Source: a virus
Direction: 5' to 3' (one strand)
Length of the DNA stretch: 56,822 nucleotides
UHGV virus genome: UHGV-0014949
In this document: piece after piece, positions 16,523 to 25,763 of the stretch
Layout of the letters: each line of letters starts with the position of its first letter
Numbering within the stretch: the stretch's first letter is position 1
Translations under genes and position numbers: made by a program
Notes under the pieces: model-generated
What the model was told of the DNA's origin: nothing
The model's database searches: none
The model's input: only the letters and a program-made list of their open reading frames with translations

Positions 16523-18813
16523 TGTCGATTAATGAAGATGAAAAATTAGGGAATCTGGATCAAGATTTCCTAGAAAGTGAAGATGGACAGTTTTTGGCAT
16601 GGGCGCATGGTCTATATCATCGTGAATTAGATATTCAGGCTGATTCACGTACAAAACGAGCCAATGACATGGCTTTCTATGACGGCGACCAGCACACCGA
16701 AGAAGAACTGGCTGAATATACCGAACGAAATCAAACGCCACGTGTGTTTAATGAGATTAAGCCTACCGTAGATTGGTTATTGGGCGGTGAACGCCGTATC
16801 CGTACTGATTGGGCAATCCTGCCACGTACAGAGGATGACTCTAAGGCCAGCATTCATAAAACCAAGCTGGCTAAGTACATTGATGATATTAATAACGCAC
16901 GTTGGCATCGTTCCGAAGCATATAGCGATATGACCAAAGGCGGTGAAGGCTGGGTAGCGATTGAGTACCTGCCAAACCAAGACGGCGAACACCAGATCAT
17001 GATTCAGCATGAACACTGGCGCTATATGATTGCTGATTCTAAAAGTCGCAGACGCGATATGACGGATATGCAGTATATCTGGCGTGTCAAAATTATTGAT
17101 CTGCAATCTTTGATTAACCATTTTCCTGAGAAAGAAACCGAGCTGGTTAATCTTAGTGGGGATATGGAAGTATTAGAGCAGGATCTATTAGACGAAGGCT
17201 TGAACGGTGTCGATCAATCAGACAGTGAACGCCATTTAAGATCTGGAACTATGAACTTTATGCAAAGTGCTGGGGACCGTGACGGCGTTAAAGTCTATGA
17301 AATGTGGTACAAACAGACCGAAAAGGTCAAGCTGCTACGTGGTGAAGGCTCTTTTAATAATCAGCCTTATGATGAAAAGAACCAGGATCATGCGGTATTA
17401 ATTGCACACTATGGTTTTAATGTCGCAGAAGTGACACGCCAGCAAATGTATTGCGCTATGTACACTGATGATACGGTGCTATATCGCCAGAAGTCACCAT
17501 ACAAGCACAATCGTTTCCCATTTGTGCGCCGTTATGCGTATTTGAAGGATCGCGAAGGTACACCATACGGTGTAATCAGATCCATCAAAGATCCACAATC
17601 AGATTTAAACATACGCCGTAATAAGGCATTGCACATGCTTTCAAGTGTACGTGTCGTGATGGAGGAAGGTGCAGTTGAGGATGAAAATGCACTAGCAGCA
17701 GAAGTGGCGCGATGGGATGGAATCGTTAAATATAAGAAAGGATCAAAACTAGAGATCCAAGAAGGTTCAGACCGAGCCAATCAGCAACTTAATGTTGGTG
17801 AGCAAAACTCAGCTTATATTCGCCAGATCAGTGGTGTAACTGGTGAAAACCGGGGGATGGATAGTAATGCCACTTCTGGTATTGCGATTCAGGCCAGACA
17901 GGAACAAGGCACAGTAATCTCCACCGTATTAACCGATATGCACAGCCTTGGCCGAAAGCTTGAAGGCGAGCTGATTCTTAGCCTGATTGAGCAATTCATG
18001 GATAAGCCTTTCCAGTTCCGTATTACGGCGGATAACCTGAATGATAAGGTTGAATTTGCACGTATCAATGATGAATCAGAACCGGAAACCGACATTACCA
18101 AAACACAGTCTGATTTTGTTGTAGCTGAACGCGACTACAGAACCACAATGCGTCAGGCACTATCGGAACAAATGCTTAATTCGGCTGGTGCGATTGCACA
18201 GCACACAGGAAACCCACAGTTAGCCGTTGCCATGCTGACCGCAGCTATTGAATTGCAGGATCTACCAGATAAAGACCGCTTGATTGATGGATTGCGTAAG
18301 GCATCTGGCTTGCCGCCGTCCAATGAAACGGAAGAAGAACGTCAGCAGCGTGAGCAGCAAGAGAATCAGGCCAAGCAACAACAGCAGGAACAGCAGCAAG
18401 CGGCACTAGAGCTGGAAATGAAGGAACGGGCAGCCAAGATTGCAGAACTTGAAGCCAGAGCAGCCAAGACGGTACTTGACGGCGAGTTCCAGAAGGTAAG
18501 AACCCTATTTGAGAAAATTAATTCACTCAAATCAGGTATTGAAGCTGGAACCATTGCGGTTCAAAGCCACGGCGCGTTACCAGTTGTTGATCAGTTACTT
18601 GAGGAAATTGATTCACTATTGAATCTGGCCCCAGAGCAGGAACAACAGCAAGGCCCGTCACCGGAGGAACAAGCCATGATGGAACAACAGCAAATGGAAC
18701 AGCAACAAGCCCAAATGATGCAGCAGCAAGAGCAAGAACAGATGCAAATGCAACAGCAGCAGCCAGAACAGCCGATTGATGAACCAATGCAGCAACCGCC
18801 GCAGCCAGTTTAA
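16522..18813 (+). CDS. portal protein with Q/E-rich low-complexity C-terminal extension
   Basis: 763 aa. Position between TerL and scaffold. C-terminus QQQEQQQAALELEMKERAA ... MMQQQEQEQMQMQQQQPEQP. Confidence 0.7.
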   Translation: MSINEDEKLGNLDQDFLESEDGQFLAWAHGLYHRELDIQADSRTKRANDMAFYDGDQHTEEELAEYTERNQTPRVFNEIKPTVDWLLGGERRIRTDWAILPRTEDDSKASIHKTKLAKYIDDINNARWHRSEAYSDMTKGGEGWVAIEYLPNQDGEHQIMIQHEHWRYMIADSKSRRRDMTDMQYIWRVKIIDLQSLINHFPEKETELVNLSGDMEVLEQDLLDEGLNGVDQSDSERHLRSGTMNFMQSAGDRDGVKVYEMWYKQTEKVKLLRGEGSFNNQPYDEKNQDHAVLIAHYGFNVAEVTRQQMYCAMYTDDTVLYRQKSPYKHNRFPFVRRYAYLKDREGTPYGVIRSIKDPQSDLNIRRNKALHMLSSVRVVMEEGAVEDENALAAEVARWDGIVKYKKGSKLEIQEGSDRANQQLNVGEQNSAYIRQISGVTGENRGMDSNATSGIAIQARQEQGTVISTVLTDMHSLGRKLEGELILSLIEQFMDKPFQFRITADNLNDKVEFARINDESEPETDITKTQSDFVVAERDYRTTMRQALSEQMLNSAGAIAQHTGNPQLAVAMLTAAIELQDLPDKDRLIDGLRKASGLPPSNETEEERQQREQQENQAKQQQQEQQQAALELEMKERAAKIAELEARAAKTVLDGEFQKVRTLFEKINSLKSGIEAGTIAVQSHGALPVVDQLLEEIDSLLNLAPEQEQQQGPSPEEQAMMEQQQMEQQQAQMMQQQEQEQMQMQQQQPEQPIDEPMQQPPQPV

Positions 18814-18830
18814 AAAATTAGAAATCTAAC

Positions 18831-18855
18831 AAGCACCCAACCGGGTGCTTTTTTA
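18831..18855 (+). terminator. rho-independent terminator after portal gene
   Basis: GCACCC-aacc-GGGTGC plus TTTTTT. Confidence 0.65.
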
Positions 18856-18867
18856 TTGCCTAAATAA

Positions 18868-19860
18868 ATGGAGCAACCCATGTCAGACGTAAATGATGAC
18901 GACACATTAAATGAATTTGACTACTCAGAAGAAGAACTGGCAGAGCTGGCGAAGCTGAATGAACTCAATGATGATTCAGACGAGCTGAAAACCGAGCCAA
19001 ATCCAGAAGATGATGTGACCTTGGTTCCAAAAAAAGAGCTTGATGATCCAGAAGATTTAGAGCTGGGTGATGATTTCGTTAATGAACTTTTAACACCGGG
19101 CGATACAAAGACAGAACCAGAACCGGCTAAACAGCCAGATCCAGAGCCTACGCCTGAGCCGGAAATTGAACCCGAGCCAGCCCCAGACTTTGACGACCAG
19201 TTGGAAGAAAGCATACAGCGCGTACAAGAAGCCCAAGGCAATATCGACGACACGCTGAGCAAGATTAAAGAGCTTGGTGATAAATATGATGATGGTGAAA
19301 TTGGTGAGGGCCGATATAAGACACTTTCGTTTGAGCTTGAACGTGAATTGCGTCGTCATGAAAAGTTGCTGGATAAAGTAGAACAAGCTCATGAAGCATT
19401 AGAAAGCGAAGCCAACAGCCAAACACATGCTTATCAAGAATCGCGCCGTAACGCATGGAGAAATGATTTAGTTGGGTTCCTGGAAGATCCAGCCAACGCC
19501 GTCATTGCGAACAACCAGCACGTAGCAGAACAGTTCGATGCCTTACTTCAATCAATGGGTCAGTCGGGCGTATTTGAGGGACTGAATAACCAGCAGGTAT
19601 TGCAGTCAGTACGCAATCAATTGTCTTTCCGTGTGCCAGAACTCAGCAAAACCACATACAACCCACAGACGGCGAGAGAGAAGCCGCCTAAGCCAACACA
19701 AAAGGCCAATATTCCAGCGTCATTGTCCCAAATGAGCGCACAGGAAATGCCGGCAGACGATCCATTCGCTTATTTACGCAAATTATCAGGCGTTGCATAC
19801 GAACAAGCCTTATCCAAATTAACGCCAGAACAAAGCGATGCTTATACGTTCGGTGAGTAA
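18868..19860 (+). CDS. scaffolding protein (highly acidic, PEP(T)-repeat N-terminus)
   Basis: Acidic 330 aa protein with EPEPAKQPDPEPTPEPEIEPEPAP repeats and coiled-coil C-terminus. Between portal and capsid genes. Confidence 0.55.
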   Translation: MEQPMSDVNDDDTLNEFDYSEEELAELAKLNELNDDSDELKTEPNPEDDVTLVPKKELDDPEDLELGDDFVNELLTPGDTKTEPEPAKQPDPEPTPEPEIEPEPAPDFDDQLEESIQRVQEAQGNIDDTLSKIKELGDKYDDGEIGEGRYKTLSFELERELRRHEKLLDKVEQAHEALESEANSQTHAYQESRRNAWRNDLVGFLEDPANAVIANNQHVAEQFDALLQSMGQSGVFEGLNNQQVLQSVRNQLSFRVPELSKTTYNPQTAREKPPKPTQKANIPASLSQMSAQEMPADDPFAYLRKLSGVAYEQALSKLTPEQSDAYTFGE

Positions 19861-19895
19861 CCCTTTTTAACTTTTCATAATCAGGAGCAACCATC

Positions 19896-21044
19896 ATGGG
19901 TGCAGCAGTAAAAGCAAACAACATTCCGTTCGGTTCACCACTTGCTAAAAAGCATTTTGGCGGAACAATGTTCAACTCTACGATTGAAAAATCGTGGGTA
20001 ATGAAGAACATGATCGAATCAGCACACCGTACCGATAAAGGTGCTGAAATGGCGAACGCGCCAATCGTGGTGATGAATGACTTAACCAAGTCGGAAGGTG
20101 AAACGGTATCTTTCGATATTTACATGCAGCTTACAGGTCGTGCGACTTTTGGTGATGACAACTTAGAAGGCAACTTGGAATCCCTTGATGCCTACCAAGA
20201 TGAAATTACCATTAACCAAGTGCGTAAAGGTGTGGACGTTGGTGGCCGTATGACCAACAAAAAAACTGTCAATGACCAGCGTGCAATTGCACGTCAGAAG
20301 CTTACTGAGTGGTTCGCTCAGTTTGTCGATCAAACGTGCTTCACGAACTTAGCCGGTAAGCGTGGTATCAACCCGTTTGTTTTGGCGAAGAACGTGAACT
20401 ATGCGATTAAAGATACGCATACGTTTGAAGATTATGACGCTGATCATACTGTTTACGGTGGATCTGCAACGTCTAAAGAGTCAATGACGGCGCAAGACAA
20501 AATGACCCTTGGCTTAATTGATAAGCTGATCGTTAAAGCCACTACCGAAGGCGGTGACGCTGATAAGAAAGTGCGTTTAACGCCGCTGGATAAAAATGGT
20601 GAAGATGCCTATATCATGCTGTTACACCCATACCAAGAGCATGACTTGCGTGTTGATACTGGTCCTTCGAGCTGGTTAGACATTCAGAAAGCGGCGGCTG
20701 GTGCAGAAGGCTTGAAATCACCAATCTTTAAGCAGAACCTTGGTAACTACCGTGGCGTACACTTCAAAAAGCACAAGCATGTTGTGTTGGATGATACATA
20801 CGGCGCAGCAGGTAACGTACAAACAGCACGTGCGAACTTCTTAGGCCGTCAATCGCTTGTTATGGCCTTCGGTAATGCGTCAAGTGCGAACCTTCGCGCA
20901 GACTGGACCGAGAAAAAGACAGACGTGGATGATAACAAACAGGCTATTTCTGGCCGCATGATGTTTAACGCCAAGCGTCCGCGCTTCAATGGTCAAGACG
21001 TAAACTCTTACGCCGTGGATACAGCAGCAACCAAGCCAGCTTAA
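19896..21044 (+). CDS. major capsid protein
   Basis: 382 aa, follows scaffold. Strong ribosome-binding site (aggagcaaccatcATG). Terminator-like hairpin downstream. Confidence 0.7.
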   Translation: MGAAVKANNIPFGSPLAKKHFGGTMFNSTIEKSWVMKNMIESAHRTDKGAEMANAPIVVMNDLTKSEGETVSFDIYMQLTGRATFGDDNLEGNLESLDAYQDEITINQVRKGVDVGGRMTNKKTVNDQRAIARQKLTEWFAQFVDQTCFTNLAGKRGINPFVLAKNVNYAIKDTHTFEDYDADHTVYGGSATSKESMTAQDKMTLGLIDKLIVKATTEGGDADKKVRLTPLDKNGEDAYIMLLHPYQEHDLRVDTGPSSWLDIQKAAAGAEGLKSPIFKQNLGNYRGVHFKKHKHVVLDDTYGAAGNVQTARANFLGRQSLVMAFGNASSANLRADWTEKKTDVDDNKQAISGRMMFNAKRPRFNGQDVNSYAVDTAATKPA

Positions 21045-21112
21045 TCAAAATTTAAAGGCTCATCATGTAAATGGTGGGCCTTTTTCATATTCATTTTTTG
21101 GAGTAGTCAAAC

Positions 21113-21565
21113 ATGGCTCAATTTAATTCAGATTCGCACGAAGGCTTAAGCAACCTACCGACTAACTCACATGGCGGCATGGTTATGGCGCATCGTTGCG
21201 CTATTCACTTCACCGTTGCCGCAGTCTTAGCCGCTGGTGACAAACTGGTACTAGGTGAACTCCCAGCCGGTTACACCGTACAAGGTATTACGGCGGATTC
21301 AGACGGTATTGCTGGCCTATCTGTAAATGTGGTACAGGCTGATTCACTTGAATCTGATGCAGAAAAATTAACACTTGCATCGGGCATTAGCTTGGCTACC
21401 GCTGGCGGTGAAATTGCAGGGGCAATGACCAAGGATGCTGTGCGCTTCAAAGGCGATAACAACAACTTATACCTGGTGGCGGAAGTGGTAGAAGGTGGAT
21501 CTGTTACAAAAGGCCAAGAAGTCGGTGTAACTGTGACCTACCGTTACCGTCAAGTTGCATATTAA
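21113..21565 (+). CDS. head decoration / minor capsid protein
   Basis: 150 aa Gly/Ala/Val-rich protein right after the capsid gene. Followed by the strong terminator at 21580-21615. Confidence 0.4.
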   Translation: MAQFNSDSHEGLSNLPTNSHGGMVMAHRCAIHFTVAAVLAAGDKLVLGELPAGYTVQGITADSDGIAGLSVNVVQADSLESDAEKLTLASGISLATAGGEIAGAMTKDAVRFKGDNNNLYLVAEVVEGGSVTKGQEVGVTVTYRYRQVAY

Positions 21566-21579
21566 TAAAATCAGTAAGC

Positions 21580-21615
21580 CGGGAAAGGGGGATTAGTCCT
21601 CCTTTCCTTTTTTTC
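21580..21615 (+). terminator. rho-independent terminator after capsid/decoration genes
   Basis: GGAAAGG ... CCTTTCC plus TTTTTTT. Confidence 0.6.
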
Positions 21616-21626
21616 ACTCAAAATAA

Positions 21627-22190
21627 TTGATCAGGATAATTGCCATGACCGCAGCAGCAAAAAACAAAATTGACTTAGAAGCCGATGACCTTATCGAATG
21701 TACGATTCAGCGCAAAGGTGGAACGGTTGTAGATTTTGGATTTCACAACAAAAAGAAGGTGAGTTATCACTTTTTACCGATCAACCCTTTAGATCCTGAA
21801 TCACCACACGTCTGTAATGTTCCAAACGATGAACACTATGAGCGTTTCGTTAATATTCCAGAAGCTTATCGTGAATTTGATCCAAGCGAAGATTATGAGC
21901 CGGTCTATTCAGCACCAACGCCGTCTGACAAAGAAGATAACTTCGATCCACGCAATGACTTCAATGATTTGCTATCAGTCAATCCAGAAGATGTAAGCAA
22001 TGAATGGTTAGGTAATTTTGCCAAAGTCATCCTTGAAACACCAATCAACCAAAAACAAAAGCTGGCAGATATGGCAACAACTCGCTGGAAGCTTGAGTTT
22101 GACTACAAAACCACAAGCGCCGTGGATATTGTGCGAAAAATTCTGGTTGAGCGTATCAAAGAAGAACGCAACGTAAGCGACAACACTTAA
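21627..22190 (+). CDS. acidic virion-associated hypothetical protein (187 aa)
   Basis: ORF track. In the head-completion region. Confidence 0.45.
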   Translation: MIRIIAMTAAAKNKIDLEADDLIECTIQRKGGTVVDFGFHNKKKVSYHFLPINPLDPESPHVCNVPNDEHYERFVNIPEAYREFDPSEDYEPVYSAPTPSDKEDNFDPRNDFNDLLSVNPEDVSNEWLGNFAKVILETPINQKQKLADMATTRWKLEFDYKTTSAVDIVRKILVERIKEERNVSDNT

Positions 22191-22205
22191 TAACAGGGGT
22201 GGCTT

Positions 22206-22868
22206 ATGTCACAGATTACATGCCAAGTCTTAATTGACGGCGTAAGAGCAACACAGTTAAACGATATTGAAAAAATCACATGGTCTGATTCCTTGCTTAT
22301 CTCAGCATTGAACCAAGCCTTGTCGATGCTGTCATTAGTGCGTCCTGATGCAACGGCGAAGGTGTACGAATTTGTTTGTGAAAAAGGCACACGTCAGGAT
22401 TTACCTTCTGATGGATTGCGATTACTTAAAGTGGTTCGCAACCTAAAAGAAGATGGTTCAATGGGCCGCGCCGTTCGTCTAGTGAATATTTCGGATCTGG
22501 ATTCTATTGCACCAGACTGGCACTCACAACCAACCACAGACACCGCTAAAGAATATATGTTCGATGAGCGTAGTCCGAAGTGGTTTTATGTTTACCCACC
22601 AGTAAATGCCGGTGTGAAGCTGGATATTGAATATTCAGCACAGCCAGAACAAATCGTGTCATTAGACAGCATGTTGCCAGTTGATACGGTATATATGCAG
22701 CCATTACAAGAATTTCTCTTGTACAAGTTGCTATCAGGTGAAGGCGGCCAAGGCCAAGGAATGCAGCATTACAATACTGGAATGTCATTGTTAGGTGCTA
22801 AACCGGCAGTTGACCGCTTTGCTGCACCAATTACAGAAACCAACCGCGCAACCGGTGTGGGAGGTTAA
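22206..22868 (+). CDS. head completion / connector-region protein (220 aa)
   Basis: ORF track. Position only. Confidence 0.4.
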   Translation: MSQITCQVLIDGVRATQLNDIEKITWSDSLLISALNQALSMLSLVRPDATAKVYEFVCEKGTRQDLPSDGLRLLKVVRNLKEDGSMGRAVRLVNISDLDSIAPDWHSQPTTDTAKEYMFDERSPKWFYVYPPVNAGVKLDIEYSAQPEQIVSLDSMLPVDTVYMQPLQEFLLYKLLSGEGGQGQGMQHYNTGMSLLGAKPAVDRFAAPITETNRATGVGG

Positions 22869-22872
22869 TTAA

Positions 22873-23445
22873 ATGGCGAAGCATGAAGATTTAAGTTCAC
22901 GTGTGGCGATTCATGTTTCGCCATGCCCGGAACAGGCAATCATGGACGCACTCAAGCATATTGTTCGTGATTTCTGTCAGCAGACAAAAAGCTGGGTGCA
23001 TGATGTTCCAGTGATCCAGGGTGAAGTAGACATACTCAGTTATGCAATGCAGATCCCGGAGCAGAGTGTAGCAATCCATCTTTGGGGGATTGATGGTCGT
23101 CAAGGCCGCTATCAAGTATCCGCAGATTATTACTTGGGATTCCCTAACCAGCTTAATTTCAATAGCAAAGCGCCGTCTAAGCCGATCAAGCCGCTAATTT
23201 CACTGATGCCAAGCAGCCAAAGTGATGAATACCCGGACTATATCGCTGAATATTTCGCTGATTGCCTAATATCCGGAGCCGTTGGCTATTTGCAGATGCA
23301 GCCATTTCGAGAATGGTCCCAGCCTAATGCGGCTGGCGCTCACATGCAGATGTATGAACAAGGTATTGCAAGGGCAAAACGTCAGCGTGATGACGGTTTA
23401 AACCTGTCAAAAGCAACCGGGCGCGTGCGTCCTCAGTATATTTAA
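22873..23445 (+). CDS. head-tail joining region protein (190 aa)
   Basis: ORF track. Position only. Confidence 0.4.
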   Translation: MAKHEDLSSRVAIHVSPCPEQAIMDALKHIVRDFCQQTKSWVHDVPVIQGEVDILSYAMQIPEQSVAIHLWGIDGRQGRYQVSADYYLGFPNQLNFNSKAPSKPIKPLISLMPSSQSDEYPDYIAEYFADCLISGAVGYLQMQPFREWSQPNAAGAHMQMYEQGIARAKRQRDDGLNLSKATGRVRPQYI

Positions 23446-23464
23446 AAAATTGGAGTGATTTTTA

Positions 23465-24016
23465 ATGATGATTATTTTTGTTGCAGAGCCAAATGGAAAG
23501 TTTTTCACAGAGTTACGTGGAGATCCGCAAAGCGTTTTATCTCAGATCCCTGCCGGTTATCAGACAACCAATCTCATGCCGCCACGAAATACCGATTATT
23601 GGAATGGTACAAGCTGGGTAGATATTGGACCAGCCCCTCAGTGGTACTTTCAGTTTGATTACAATACTAAAAAATGGGTGGATTCAAGAGATCTAGAACA
23701 GACTAAAAAAGAAAAGTGGGAGCGAGTTAAGTTAGAACGTAACACTTTAGAGCTATCTGGTTTTGTATATAACGGCAATGTTTACGATAGCGATATGGTT
23801 TCACAGATCAGAATTATCGGCGGTGCTGTACTGGGTGCGCCAACTACCTGGACATTAAAAAATAATGAAACTATTGATCTAACTTCTGAACAGTTAAAGG
23901 AACTGGGGCAAGCACTGGCCCAGCACGTCCAAGGACTGCACGACAGAGCCAGAGCAGCACGTATTAATATCAATGCGTGTGTTACGGCGGATCAAGTCGA
24001 TACCGTCAACTTTTAA
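23465..24016 (+). CDS. tail fibre assembly-like protein (DUF4376-like C-terminal domain)
   Basis: YNGNVYDSDMVSQIRIIGGAVLG ... TIDLTSEQLKELGQALAQHVQGLHDRARAARININAC resembles the DUF4376 tail-assembly chaperone-like pattern. Terminator follows. Confidence 0.4.
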   Translation: MMIIFVAEPNGKFFTELRGDPQSVLSQIPAGYQTTNLMPPRNTDYWNGTSWVDIGPAPQWYFQFDYNTKKWVDSRDLEQTKKEKWERVKLERNTLELSGFVYNGNVYDSDMVSQIRIIGGAVLGAPTTWTLKNNETIDLTSEQLKELGQALAQHVQGLHDRARAARININACVTADQVDTVNF

Positions 24017-24032
24017 AGCATAAACAGCTAAT

Positions 24033-24060
24033 AAGCCCACCTATACGGTGGGCTTTTTTA
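24033..24060 (+). terminator. rho-independent terminator
   Basis: GCCCACC-tatac-GGTGGGC plus TTTTTT. Confidence 0.7.
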
Positions 24061-24083
24061 TTGGAAAATAACGGAACCATCAC

Positions 24084-25763
24084 ATGCGAATCAAGATTAG
24101 TAATTTTCTCAATATGTTCCCACGTATTGATGAGAGAAAGCTCAAAGATACGGCGGCGGCCATTGCGAAAGATGCTGATATTTCAAGCGGTGTGGTCCGT
24201 CCTTTCTATAGCATCGACTTTAAACAGCAGCTCAATGATATGGGGTCAGAAACTAAATCTTTCCATTTTTTTGAGTTCCCGAACATATCCGGTTTTTTTC
24301 AGTTCAAAGATCATATTGATCTTGCATATTCACCAATTGCCGATGATCAATATCGCCGTATCTATTGGTCTGGGGATAGCAGAGATAACGGTCATTTACT
24401 TTATTCTTATACGCCTAAGCTCACACAAGGTACGGTATTTAAGCCAGATCTATGGAGCCGTGTCGGTGTACCAGCACCAACAGTTGCACCGTTGGTTACA
24501 GCCAACACAACAGAATATACAGAGGATGAATTAGCTGATCTAAGTGATGAATCCCGGATATATGTATATACCTACATTACAGAAACCGGAGAGGAATCAG
24601 CGCCAAGTCCGGCCAGCGCAATGGTTCATACGCCACACGATAAGAGTAGTGTAACTCTAGGCTTATTAACAACAGATCCACAGGCCAGCACAGGGCGAAC
24701 GATTACCAAGAAGCGAATTTATAGATCATTGACCACATCGTCCGGCATTGCTGATTTATATTTTGTAGGTGAAATCCAAGCGTCTAGCAGCACTTTTACA
24801 GACACTTTAGATAGTAGCGATATAAATACAGCAGATCCGTTGCCGTCAATCAATTGGGATGAACCAAGAACCGGACTAAGTGGCCTTGGTGTGACACCGA
24901 AAGGCATGAATTATGCCTTTACCGGAAAAATAGTCTGCTTTTCTGAACCGTACTATCCGTATGCTTGGCCGCGTGATTATGAGCTAACCCTACAGCATGA
25001 CGTTGTAGCAATGGGCCACTATGAAAATTACATTCTATGTGCAACCAAGGGAACGCCTTATATCATTTCTGGGATTGATCCAGGCTCAACTAGCATTGAT
25101 GAATTACCGCTAAACGAACCATGTGTATCTAAACGGTCATTGGTGAGTATGGCGAAGTGTGTCTGCTATGCCAGCCCTAACGGTATTGTTATGGCATATG
25201 GCTCCACGGCAAAACTGGTCAGTGATTCATTCTTCGATAAGGACACATGGCAAAGCCTAAAGCCTGAGAGCATCCATGCAATTGAGCATCGCGGCAAGTA
25301 TCTATTTTTCTATGACAACGGCACTAAAAAGGGTGCTTTCTTATTTGATCCATTACAGGTCGATTTCGGTATTGTTGAGTTAGATATGTGGTACAAGGCA
25401 GCCACACGTCAGCACCAGACTGAACAGCTATTTTTCCTAGATGAACAAAACAAAGTTCACGTATTCAATGACACGTCACCACAAAAACGCCCATTTACCT
25501 GGCGTAGCAAATTATTTGATGTATCTGGTGACGGCACACGCATGTTATGCGCCCAAGTCATTGCCAGAGATTACAACAACATCACCTTAAAAGTTTTCAT
25601 GGACGGCGCACTACTACACAGCAAAGAGGTGAAAAGCCGCAGACCTTTCCGCTTGCCTAACCACTCTAAACATTTTGAATGGCAGCTTGAAATCACAGGC
25701 ACATCAGAAGTAAGTGAAATTGTCCTGGCTGAATCAATGTTGGAGTTATCAAAAAATGTCTAA
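24084..25763 (+). CDS. virion structural protein (559 aa; tail hub/adaptor candidate)
   Basis: ORF track. Precedes the giant fibre gene. Confidence 0.45.
   Translation: MRIKISNFLNMFPRIDERKLKDTAAAIAKDADISSGVVRPFYSIDFKQQLNDMGSETKSFHFFEFPNISGFFQFKDHIDLAYSPIADDQYRRIYWSGDSRDNGHLLYSYTPKLTQGTVFKPDLWSRVGVPAPTVAPLVTANTTEYTEDELADLSDESRIYVYTYITETGEESAPSPASAMVHTPHDKSSVTLGLLTTDPQASTGRTITKKRIYRSLTTSSGIADLYFVGEIQASSSTFTDTLDSSDINTADPLPSINWDEPRTGLSGLGVTPKGMNYAFTGKIVCFSEPYYPYAWPRDYELTLQHDVVAMGHYENYILCATKGTPYIISGIDPGSTSIDELPLNEPCVSKRSLVSMAKCVCYASPNGIVMAYGSTAKLVSDSFFDKDTWQSLKPESIHAIEHRGKYLFFYDNGTKKGAFLFDPLQVDFGIVELDMWYKAATRQHQTEQLFFLDEQNKVHVFNDTSPQKRPFTWRSKLFDVSGDGTRMLCAQVIARDYNNITLKVFMDGALLHSKEVKSRRPFRLPNHSKHFEWQLEITGTSEVSEIVLAESMLELSKNV

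Noticed and set aside
21045-21112. Possible terminator between capsid and decoration genes (aggctcatcatgtaaatggtgggccttttt)
   Set aside because: Stem pairing is imperfect (GGCTCATCAT vs ATGGTGGGCC). Too weak to call.
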